This document shows positions 56,483-64,000 of a DNA stretch of 64,000 bases, piece by piece (within the stretch, counting starts at the first letter, position 1; each line of letters begins with the position of its first letter). The stretch is taken from positions 1-64,000 of the IMG/VR virus record IMGVR_UViG_3300037455_000462; one strand, 5' to 3'. Position numbers and translations under genes: made by a program. Below the pieces are notes generated by a model. That model did not search any database. It saw only the letters and a program-made list of their open reading frames with translations, and was not told the origin of the DNA. Source of the stretch: a virus (Duplodnaviria; Caudoviricetes).

Positions 56483-57216
56483 CAGAAAAGTTTTTTGTTT
56501 GCTTCATCAATGCGTTTGCTCGCAATGTCAAAATATTCCTGCACCAATTCAAACCCTATGAAACTGCGGTTGGTATTCACGCAGGCTACGCCCGTAGTGC
56601 CGCTGCCCATACAGTTATCAAGAACGATACCGTTTTCGGGACAATACGAGCGTATTAGGAATTCCATAAGTTCAACGGGTTTCTGTGTTGGATGGATTTG
56701 GTCTTGTCTTCTCCACATCTGCGGAAAATCAAGAACGGTGGACGGATGCCTTGTTCCTTTGTTATCGGTCTGAACACCTTTTATTCCGTATTGCATATTA
56801 TTCACGTTATTTGGTGTATATTTTCTGCTGTACGGCTTACCTTCACCCATCTGTGGTTCATAATAAGACGCACTTTCACCAAATACAAGAATCATCTCGT
56901 GCTTTTTGAGTGGCATATATTTCGCAGTAAGCGGAGAGCCGCACTTCGACTTCTTCCACACCATATCGTATCGGAAAAGCCTCTCGTTTGACAACGCCAA
57001 CTTGAACGCAAAAAGACCCGCACCGAAAAGGACAATGTTGCCTTTCGGCTTGACTATGCGTTCATAGGCAGACCACATATCTTCAAACGGAATCACAACA
57101 TCCCATCGGTTAGCCGTTGTTCCGTATGGAAGGTCACACAGAACCAAATCGACACTGTTGTCCGCAATGCCTTTCATCAGTTCTATGCAGTCCCCGTGTT
57201 GCAGGTCAATCATCAA
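56482..57216 (-). CDS. N4/N6 (beta-class) DNA methyltransferase
   Basis: DLPY, HPTQKP, LDNCMGSGTT. Confidence 0.9.
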   Translation of the reverse strand: MMIDLQHGDCIELMKGIADNSVDLVLCDLPYGTTANRWDVVIPFEDMWSAYERIVKPKGNIVLFGAGLFAFKLALSNERLFRYDMVWKKSKCGSPLTAKYMPLKKHEMILVFGESASYYEPQMGEGKPYSRKYTPNNVNNMQYGIKGVQTDNKGTRHPSTVLDFPQMWRRQDQIHPTQKPVELMEFLIRSYCPENGIVLDNCMGSGTTGVACVNTNRSFIGFELVQEYFDIASKRIDEANKKLF

Positions 57217-57932
57217 AACAGACCTCCTTTCGGCGTGCTAATTTCATCAACGACACGTTTGTTAGCCATATCGCAATATGCTTCGTCCAATTCAAACCCG
57301 ATATATCTCCTATTGCTTTTCAACGCGGCTATCGCGGTAGTGCCGCTGCCCATAAACGGGTCAAGCACAACTTCGTTTTCCAACGAACTGCACTCGATAA
57401 GCGTCTGCATAAGCCCAACGGGTTTCTGTGAATTGTGTATGTTAGAACCGTCCTCGTTTTTGTCCTTCGTGTTTTGGAACGAAAGAAGGTCTGATACACC
57501 GCAATCGTATATCGGTCGCCCGCTTCCCTTCCGCAAGAAGAATATATGCTCGACTTGACCCATATAGTATGTTCCGCATATCTTCGTCCTTTTGTCCCAC
57601 ACAAGCAATTTCACGAAATGGAATCCGCTGTTTTTCACAGAATCGAAGAAATGCGGGAGGTTCACGTTGTTGCACATAATGTAACAATGCGAACCGTCTT
57701 TGAGTACACGGTAGAATTCGGGCAGATAATCGTCAATGTCAATGTCATTGTTCTCGAATATCCTTCCTTTCATCGTTAGTTCGGATTCATAATGTCCGCC
57801 CATAGTCCCGTTATTGCCCTTTGGCGTAACCCTATATGGAGGGTCTGTAGCAATAAGGTCTATACTTCCATCGGGTATCTGCTTCATACCCTCAAGGCAG
57901 TCCATATTATATATCCGATTCAGTTCAAGCAT
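57213..57932 (-). CDS. N4/N6 (beta-class) DNA methyltransferase
   Basis: DPPY, HNSQKP, LDPFMGSGTT. Confidence 0.9.
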   Translation of the reverse strand: MLELNRIYNMDCLEGMKQIPDGSIDLIATDPPYRVTPKGNNGTMGGHYESELTMKGRIFENNDIDIDDYLPEFYRVLKDGSHCYIMCNNVNLPHFFDSVKNSGFHFVKLLVWDKRTKICGTYYMGQVEHIFFLRKGSGRPIYDCGVSDLLSFQNTKDKNEDGSNIHNSQKPVGLMQTLIECSSLENEVVLDPFMGSGTTAIAALKSNRRYIGFELDEAYCDMANKRVVDEISTPKGGLF

Positions 57933-57960
57933 TTCTTATATATAATAAAAAATCAACAAA

Positions 57961-58764
57961 TTAAAATAGAGTTTTTGGCTTTTCTTCCAATCCGTCTATG
58001 TTGTCAAGCAGCACTTCGATTATATGATACTGTTGTAGTTTCTTCATAGCGATGCAGGATTTATACGATTTCCAATCAAAGGTCTTGAGCAGGTTCAGTA
58101 TCTCGTCCTTTTTGCGATGCGTGACCTTTATTTTGTATTCACCGCTGTAATGCTCGCCGTCATTCAGAATCTTCCCCATAGTGGCATCACCCCAACAACA
58201 CATACGGATATCGTAGTCGGTTATCGAATCATAACCCGCTTTGTCTTGGCGGTAAATTGTAACACCGTCCAATTGAAATTTGCGCTGCTTGTTGAGACCG
58301 TGCCTCGGTCGCCTATAGATGTTGAAACAGCACCAAAGGTTCTTGCCAGAATAGGATGCGTAACCCAAGTCCTCCGAATAAATCAAATCAAATTTATACA
58401 GCCGAACCGTATTGTTCAACTGACCTATCGGGAGAATAAAGGCGATATAGTCACATATATCCACAGCCTTGTTGAAGAATTTGATTGCAAGACCCATTTT
58501 ATCACCATAGGGCGGATTTCCTATCACAAGCCTGCCTTTTTTATAAGGTATATCCATTTCAAGGAAGTCACCGCACTCTATGCCGTCCGCTTCGGGTTCT
58601 ATGTCAATAGCCCTGCATTCCAATAAATTGGAGAAAGAACCGCTGCCCGCCGAAGGTTCTATTATGTCGGTGATGTTATCACGACCTATAACCTCGAATG
58701 TCTTGGCGACAAGTCTTTCAGCCAAATCTGTCGGCGTATAATATTTGTCCAACCTTATTTTCAT
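57961..58764 (-). CDS. N6-adenine (gamma-class) DNA methyltransferase
   Basis: DKYYTP, EPSAGSG, GNPPY. Confidence 0.85.
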   Translation of the reverse strand: MKIRLDKYYTPTDLAERLVAKTFEVIGRDNITDIIEPSAGSGSFSNLLECRAIDIEPEADGIECGDFLEMDIPYKKGRLVIGNPPYGDKMGLAIKFFNKAVDICDYIAFILPIGQLNNTVRLYKFDLIYSEDLGYASYSGKNLWCCFNIYRRPRHGLNKQRKFQLDGVTIYRQDKAGYDSITDYDIRMCCWGDATMGKILNDGEHYSGEYKIKVTHRKKDEILNLLKTFDWKSYKSCIAMKKLQQYHIIEVLLDNIDGLEEKPKTLF

Positions 58765-59705
58765 TTCGGACGCACGGGTTGGTTGGCTAAATTATCTCTG
58801 TTTTTAAGAACCACAATGCACTCGCTCGGCAAAGCCTCGCACTCGCCAAAGTCGTTCCACAGTTTAACCATATCCTCTGTCGGCTCTTCGTACACCTCGT
58901 ATGCCGTTGTCGCGAATGTTTCGGAATCCGTCCACAGAACAATGTCGCCTTTGCCGATTATATTGCCGTTGATGTCGTATGCGTGGTCTTGCGTGAACGG
59001 CTCTGACGAAGCCGACCTAACGGCGAGATGCGTGTTGCGGTCAATCCAATACTTGTGGATTGTGTAACCGTATTGTTCCAAGAAACCGAATGTCTTTCTG
59101 TGGCGTTCCTCGGTCATACCAAATACGCCCACATCGAAGCACTCGAAAATGATTGGCGGGAAATTGTTACTCACTATGGTCTTTCTCGCGCCGCACAAAA
59201 CCTCAAACTCGTGATTCTCAACGTCAATCTTGATAAGACCGATGTTCACAAATCCGTAACTGTCAAGGGTTTTTGCATTGACTATGGGCGTGTATTCATC
59301 CACGTTAAGCGAGTCAAAACCGTTGAATCTGACTTCCTTTTCTTTGTTCGAAAGAAAATCCATATACACGTCAATGTGTTCGGATTTCTCCCACAGCAGA
59401 GCGTTGGCACACAGTGCATACGCGCTTTCCTTGTTAGGCTCGAATGCGTATGCGTGTACGAAATTGGTATCCCAACAATACTCGCCGAGGTTTGCGCCGA
59501 CATCTATGATGCACTTGCTGAAATCAAAGAAACCGTCCTCGTTTCTGTTTATCTTGTTTATGCCGTCAACCTCAAGACACAAAGGAACGGGGTAATGGTC
59601 GGGGTAGTTGCTTTTCAAGCAATTAACATCCCAATCGCGCATAATCACGGAGTTCTTCGGTATTCTGACTGGAAACTTGTTGTATTCCTTGTAATAAAGT
59701 TCCAT
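58761..59705 (-). CDS. FkbM-family methyltransferase with extra C-terminal domain
   Basis: IDVGANLG, AFEP, LIKIDVENHE, IIFE. Confidence 0.8.
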   Translation of the reverse strand: MELYYKEYNKFPVRIPKNSVIMRDWDVNCLKSNYPDHYPVPLCLEVDGINKINRNEDGFFDFSKCIIDVGANLGEYCWDTNFVHAYAFEPNKESAYALCANALLWEKSEHIDVYMDFLSNKEKEVRFNGFDSLNVDEYTPIVNAKTLDSYGFVNIGLIKIDVENHEFEVLCGARKTIVSNNFPPIIFECFDVGVFGMTEERHRKTFGFLEQYGYTIHKYWIDRNTHLAVRSASSEPFTQDHAYDINGNIIGKGDIVLWTDSETFATTAYEVYEEPTEDMVKLWNDFGECEALPSECIVVLKNRDNLANQPVRPK

Positions 59706-59706
59706 A

Positions 59707-60570
59707 TTAAAATAATGTTTTGTTGTTTTCTATTTGATAATTGACGACAAGAACCTCGTCATCGGAATCGGACTTGTTTGTCTTATGATATGATGAATTA
59801 TTGTATTTGCTGCCGAGATGGAACGTGTTGTATCTGCCGCATATATCTTCAAGTATCGGGTTTCCGTATTTCAGATTGTTTGAAACGGCAAACCTCACAC
59901 CACGGCTGTCAAGGTCACGGAGAATGTCGGACAGCGTTTGCTCCTGCGATTCAGTCCAACCGTTCTTCTCGTTGTAAACAGCCACGCTTCCCAAATACGG
60001 TGGGTCGAAATACACGAAGTCACGCTCTCCGAAAACCGAATAGTCAATGCGGTCAAATGAAAGGTTCGTGCATTTCACATCCTTGCCGCTGAAACGGATT
60101 TTCATATCGTAGATGCCTGCCTTTTGGACATCGGAAAAATACGAGCGGTTCTCACCAAACGGCATATTGAATTTGCCGTTGCTTCCGAACCTGCCCTGCG
60201 CGTTGAATGCGTAGCAACAAAGAACATAGAGCGTAATCCAATCCCCGCCGTTTTTGTTGTAGTCGTCCCTCAACTTCAGATAGCCGTCCTTGTTGTATAT
60301 TGACAATCTGTATTTCTCTATCACATTGTATATCCCCGATATGATGTCATCAAAATCGGTCGTGGCAAAACCGTTGAACATAGAGAACACATAATCCGCA
60401 TATTCATTGTAAACATAAGAATCCGCATCGGCGTTCAGCAGCACAGTACCGCTGCCGCCGAACACATCGACAAACGTGCCGATTCGTTTCGGAAACAAAG
60501 GGACAATCTGCGGGAGCAACTTGAATTTGTTCCCCGTGTAGTTGATTGGCGATTTCAGATAAGCGCACAT
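59707..60570 (-). CDS. dam: Dam-family (alpha-class) adenine methyltransferase
   Basis: NYTGNK, DVFGGSG, FNMPFG, YFDPPY. Confidence 0.85.
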   Translation of the reverse strand: MCAYLKSPINYTGNKFKLLPQIVPLFPKRIGTFVDVFGGSGTVLLNADADSYVYNEYADYVFSMFNGFATTDFDDIISGIYNVIEKYRLSIYNKDGYLKLRDDYNKNGGDWITLYVLCCYAFNAQGRFGSNGKFNMPFGENRSYFSDVQKAGIYDMKIRFSGKDVKCTNLSFDRIDYSVFGERDFVYFDPPYLGSVAVYNEKNGWTESQEQTLSDILRDLDSRGVRFAVSNNLKYGNPILEDICGRYNTFHLGSKYNNSSYHKTNKSDSDDEVLVVNYQIENNKTLF

Positions 60571-60572
60571 AA

Positions 60573-61001
60573 CTAATCCAATTCAGTAACCAAGAACGAC
60601 CTCAATTTGCCGTCAAGGTATGCGTGTACGGTTGGATTCGTGTTGAGTTCGTCCTCCGTGTCCTCAACGCCGTAATCCTCCGTGTTACTGTTGGCATAGC
60701 GTTCCATATCGGTGAAGATAAGCCCGCTCCATCCGCCTGGACCTCCGAGGCTGTAAGTTTCAATCCCGTCACGAACCTCTCCGCTTTTCAACGTGAAACC
60801 GCCGTCAAAGTATTCAAGTTCGTGTTCACATCTGTCCAAGAATTCGTCAGTGCAGGTAAACGGGTTTTCGTGTTTCGCTTGCGGATTGTCCCACATAAGC
60901 GCAATCAGATGCTTGGCAAAGCCGAGGTCTTTCACCTCACCGTACTTGTCAATGACTTCATCGTACTTTACATCGTTGTAGTTTTTGTTCTTGCTTTCCA
61001 T
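60573..61001 (-). CDS. Hypothetical acidic protein
   Basis: 142 aa ORF in operon. Confidence 0.55.
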   Translation of the reverse strand: MESKNKNYNDVKYDEVIDKYGEVKDLGFAKHLIALMWDNPQAKHENPFTCTDEFLDRCEHELEYFDGGFTLKSGEVRDGIETYSLGGPGGWSGLIFTDMERYANSNTEDYGVEDTEDELNTNPTVHAYLDGKLRSFLVTELD

Positions 61002-61002
61002 A

Positions 61003-61731
61003 TTAAAAAAGTTTACTGTTAAACATATCCAATCGTTCCTTTGCTATGTTGAAATAGGTTTCGTCATTTTCTATGCCTATGAAATCCCTATTAAGATTAA
61101 GGCAGGCTACACCCGTAGTTCCGCTGCCCATACAGTTGTCAAGCACAACATCGCCCTCGTTAGTACCCATTCGGATTATACGCTCCATAAGGGCAACGGG
61201 CTTCTGTGTCGGATGACTTGTTTTCTCCTTCGAGTTATGCGGCAACGCGGGTATGTCAGCCCACACATCGGACAGCGTGATTCCGTCTTTCAGAACACCG
61301 TCCGTGTATTCTTTGCGTTTCGTGTCTGGTAATATCTTTATGTTATTGAACGTCCCGTTCTCGCCTTTGCAATAATACGAGATTGGCTCGTAGCCGCTTG
61401 CGAGAGCGTGACCGCGTGTGTTGTTGAAACCGCGCTTCCTGCACCAAATGATTATCCGTTTCTCCTTGAAACAAGTGTCGAGGATTCGGCAGATGTGTCT
61501 GTTATATTGGCGACTCGTGAAAAGGAAAACGTTGCCATTCGGCTTCAATATTCTGAAGTATTGGGCGACCAAGTATTCCACCCAAGACAAATACTCGCTC
61601 GATGTGTGCCATTGGTTGTCAAAGCCGTCAGCGACCACTTGGAAATAAGGAAGGTCGCAGACAACACAGTCAACCGAGTTGTCGGCGAAAGTCGGCATAA
61701 CCGAAAGGCAGTCGTCATTATACAGTTTCAT
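61003..61731 (-). CDS. N4/N6 (beta-class) DNA methyltransferase
   Basis: DLPY, HPTQKP, LDNCMGSGTT. Confidence 0.9.
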   Translation of the reverse strand: MKLYNDDCLSVMPTFADNSVDCVVCDLPYFQVVADGFDNQWHTSSEYLSWVEYLVAQYFRILKPNGNVFLFTSRQYNRHICRILDTCFKEKRIIIWCRKRGFNNTRGHALASGYEPISYYCKGENGTFNNIKILPDTKRKEYTDGVLKDGITLSDVWADIPALPHNSKEKTSHPTQKPVALMERIIRMGTNEGDVVLDNCMGSGTTGVACLNLNRDFIGIENDETYFNIAKERLDMFNSKLF

Positions 61732-61733
61732 CG

Positions 61734-62135
61734 CTACAGATTGAAATACGAATTGACTGTATCATATATGGAAGCCATACACGCATCAAGTTTGTCTATA
61801 TAAACAAACCTGCTGTCGATGTCGAACTTGGCATCCTTCCACGCGATTCTGTAAGTGACCGAGGTTTCGATGTGCGTGCCATCGGTCTTGAGGTTGTCAT
61901 CGGGCTTGTTCATAACCTCGTATTCGTTGGTTATGATTCCCGTTATCTTTCCTTTGGAAACCGTAACGACATCGTTCACATCGTCATAACACTTGAAATA
62001 CACCGTGTCGCCAATCGACAACTCGTGCCAACCGAATCTGTTGTTTGTCTGCGTGTCCTTTATGGCGTGCCTGCCTGCCTCCAATATGACACGGAGAGCG
62101 TTTTCCGTCTTTTCGAAATCTTTTTTATTGCCCAT
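61734..62135 (-). CDS. Hypothetical protein
   Basis: 133 aa ORF in operon. Confidence 0.55.
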   Translation of the reverse strand: MGNKKDFEKTENALRVILEAGRHAIKDTQTNNRFGWHELSIGDTVYFKCYDDVNDVVTVSKGKITGIITNEYEVMNKPDDNLKTDGTHIETSVTYRIAWKDAKFDIDSRFVYIDKLDACMASIYDTVNSYFNL

Positions 62136-63180
62136 TGATAAGTTTTTTTGCTATTTTCTTGATGTTCGATTTCACTTTGTCATCATATTCAAGCACATTG
62201 TCAACATACTTGTCAAGCATATCCTCTATGCTGACACACTCGCTCATACTGACTTTCGGCACATCTATAGTCAACGAACTTTTCTTCGGCACAAAATTGA
62301 TGTTGTAAATGTCGGAGTTGTTGTTGATGTAGCCGTATATCTTGTGAAAACTCAATTTCGAAAGAAGGTCGGAATCAACGCAAATATCAATATACTTGCG
62401 TTTGCAGAACTCCTTGAATTCGCGAAGCGGAAGGTCTTTCACTTCCTCATAGTCAACTCTCTTGAACTCTGCCGACACGCCGTTCCTATAAAACTCTTCA
62501 TCGCCGTTCTCTTTGACGCACATAACGCCTCTGTCGTTATCTCTGTCATTCTGCGACATCTGATATGGCGAACCCACATAGACTACGTTCTTGTAAGTCT
62601 GACGATGGTGTATGTGACCCGAATATATACGGCAGTCGAGTCGCGTGTCGTCCAAGTGGAGTTGGGATTCGGACTTGGTTCCAGAGGCGTTCATAGTGAC
62701 ACCGTTGAAATCGGCGTGGCAGACAACAATGTCGCAGTCATCCATACCGCAGAGCGTTTCGCTCAACAGACCGTTGTCGTTTATCCAAGGGACAAAGCCG
62801 ACAACCTTGCCATTTGGCATAGCGATGCTTTTCGGCTCTTTGATTACACTGATGTTCGGTATATGCTTCAAGCAATCAATGGAAGTGATGTCGTTGCTGT
62901 CTTTTTCATAGGCATCGTGGTTGCCGCAAAGCACATACACCTGCGAGAACATACGACCGAGTTTCTCGAAGATGTCCATAGTGAACGCCAACGTAGTAAG
63001 CCCGACCGTCTGTCTGTTGTCGAACACGTCCCCGCAATGTATGAGTATATCACCCTTGCGAGCCTTTTTCTCGAAAAGCGGGAACACGAATTTATCGAAG
63101 CATTCCCTAAAATGCTCCTCCCAAACTTTTGAATTGTTCTTTAATCCGAAATGCGTGTCGGAAATAAGCCAAATATTCAT
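62125..63180 (-). CDS. Recombination nuclease (gp47/Mre11/SbcD-like)
   Basis: SDTHFG, GDVFD, GNHD, SGHIH, YVGSP. Confidence 0.9.
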   Translation of the reverse strand: MNIWLISDTHFGLKNNSKVWEEHFRECFDKFVFPLFEKKARKGDILIHCGDVFDNRQTVGLTTLAFTMDIFEKLGRMFSQVYVLCGNHDAYEKDSNDITSIDCLKHIPNISVIKEPKSIAMPNGKVVGFVPWINDNGLLSETLCGMDDCDIVVCHADFNGVTMNASGTKSESQLHLDDTRLDCRIYSGHIHHRQTYKNVVYVGSPYQMSQNDRDNDRGVMCVKENGDEEFYRNGVSAEFKRVDYEEVKDLPLREFKEFCKRKYIDICVDSDLLSKLSFHKIYGYINNNSDIYNINFVPKKSSLTIDVPKVSMSECVSIEDMLDKYVDNVLEYDDKVKSNIKKIAKKLINGQ

Positions 63181-63666
63181 TTAGAAAAGTTTTGACCACC
63201 CGTCATCGCAGACGAGCAGGTTGTTCAACAATGCTTTGTTTGTCGTGTATTTTGACAACTCCTCGTAGAGTTTCACTTTCGCGCCGTTTGGCAGGTCTTT
63301 GATTACGGAATCGTATTTGAGGTTGAAGTAGTCGCAATATATAAGCAATATATTACTCAACGTGGTTATGTTCTTAAACACCACATATATCCTCAAAAGG
63401 TTCATAGGTATGTCGGCGATTCCGAGTTTGCGGGAGTCAACATTGAATATGTCATTGCAGTCGCGAATGTCCATAGTCTTTATGTAATTCACAACGCTCT
63501 CCTCGATTTCATCGACAACGCCGCCATAGTCGCTGACGGCGAACACATCCATATCCTCCGCCATAACACGCTTCATCGAAGATATGCTGTCCGATTCGGC
63601 AAAGGAATCCTTGTCGTTGTTGTAGTAGATTCCGCGCAGTTTATTAACGTCAATTCTTTTTCCCAT
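63181..63666 (-). CDS. Possible late-transcription coactivator (gp33-like)
   Basis: LIYCDYFNLKYDSVIKDLPNGAKVKLYEE resembles the gp33 helical core; hydrophobic C-terminus WSKLF. Confidence 0.35.
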   Translation of the reverse strand: MGKRIDVNKLRGIYYNNDKDSFAESDSISSMKRVMAEDMDVFAVSDYGGVVDEIEESVVNYIKTMDIRDCNDIFNVDSRKLGIADIPMNLLRIYVVFKNITTLSNILLIYCDYFNLKYDSVIKDLPNGAKVKLYEELSKYTTNKALLNNLLVCDDGWSKLF

Positions 63667-64000
63667 TTTCTATCATTTTGAAAAACTCACCAATGGGTAT
63701 CTTCATAGTTTCGCCCGTCCTTTTGTTGCGCACACAGATTTCCGATTCTCCGCAAACGCACTTACCAATATTGGACTGACCAACATAGCATACGAGTGTT
63801 TTCTCGTCATAGCCGCCCGTGATACCATCCATATATTTATAGCCGCTGCGGATTTTCTTGCTCGTGTCTTGGTAGTGCGAATCTGGCTCAAAGAAGTCCA
63901 ATCCCTCGTCAAAATTGAAATTAACCCCGCTCGAAGAGCCAACCGTATCAACAATGCGCTGAACAACCGTGTCAACGTTGTCGATGTTGACATTCGTCAT
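63650..64000 (-). CDS. Replicative helicase (gp41/DnaB) N-terminal fragment ending in split-intein N-half; 5'-truncated by window
   Basis: SGYKYMDGITGG..TLVCYVGQSNIGK (Walker A up to Lys) followed by CVCGESEICVR.. and a stop. Confidence 0.75.
   Translation of the reverse strand: MTNVNIDNVDTVVQRIVDTVGSSSGVNFNFDEGLDFFEPDSHYQDTSKKIRSGYKYMDGITGGYDEKTLVCYVGQSNIGKCVCGESEICVRNKRTGETMKIPIGEFFKMIENGKKN

Noticed and set aside
1-64000. Stop-codon recoding (TAG=Gln as in Lak phages, or TGA)
   Set aside because: Code-11 ORFs are full length and tile the window. TAG ends groES, the gp4-like gene and the 14137 gene at natural positions, the last directly before a terminator.

Overview
64 kb of a T4-like (gp18/gp5/gp4/gp15/gp52/gp55/gp47/gp41-type) jumbo myophage genome in the standard genetic code. 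The host is probably Bacteroidota, judged from TAnnTTTG promoters and the lack of obvious Shine-Dalgarno sites. The window holds structural genes, three sigma-factor-like genes, chaperones, nucleotide metabolism, a glycosyltransferase/amide-ligase island, a MoxR-VWA-peptidase cluster, a DNA methyltransferase cluster and one tnpB-only IS200/IS605 element. The most striking unexplained structure is a shared two-part N-terminal leader on 12 mostly unrelated proteins: a T4 capsid-targeting-like M-x(7-11)-[FY][VI]xE segment followed by a conserved KLxIxPxxKERL peptide. These genes mostly lie behind TATAAATA late promoters, and in some the promoter, UTR and leader are repeated at DNA level, suggesting a portable system for packaging and injecting variable cargo proteins. 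Other observations: a three-tier promoter cascade with fixed-spaced DnaA-box-like sites, an IS inserted without damage into a late promoter, C-terminal 'LF' putative clamp-binding tails on five MTases, a tandem-hairpin ncRNA candidate, a sigma54-like promoter on hsp20, and a gp41 helicase ending in a 36-aa split-intein N-fragment. All functional calls come from reading motifs by eye; no database search was run.
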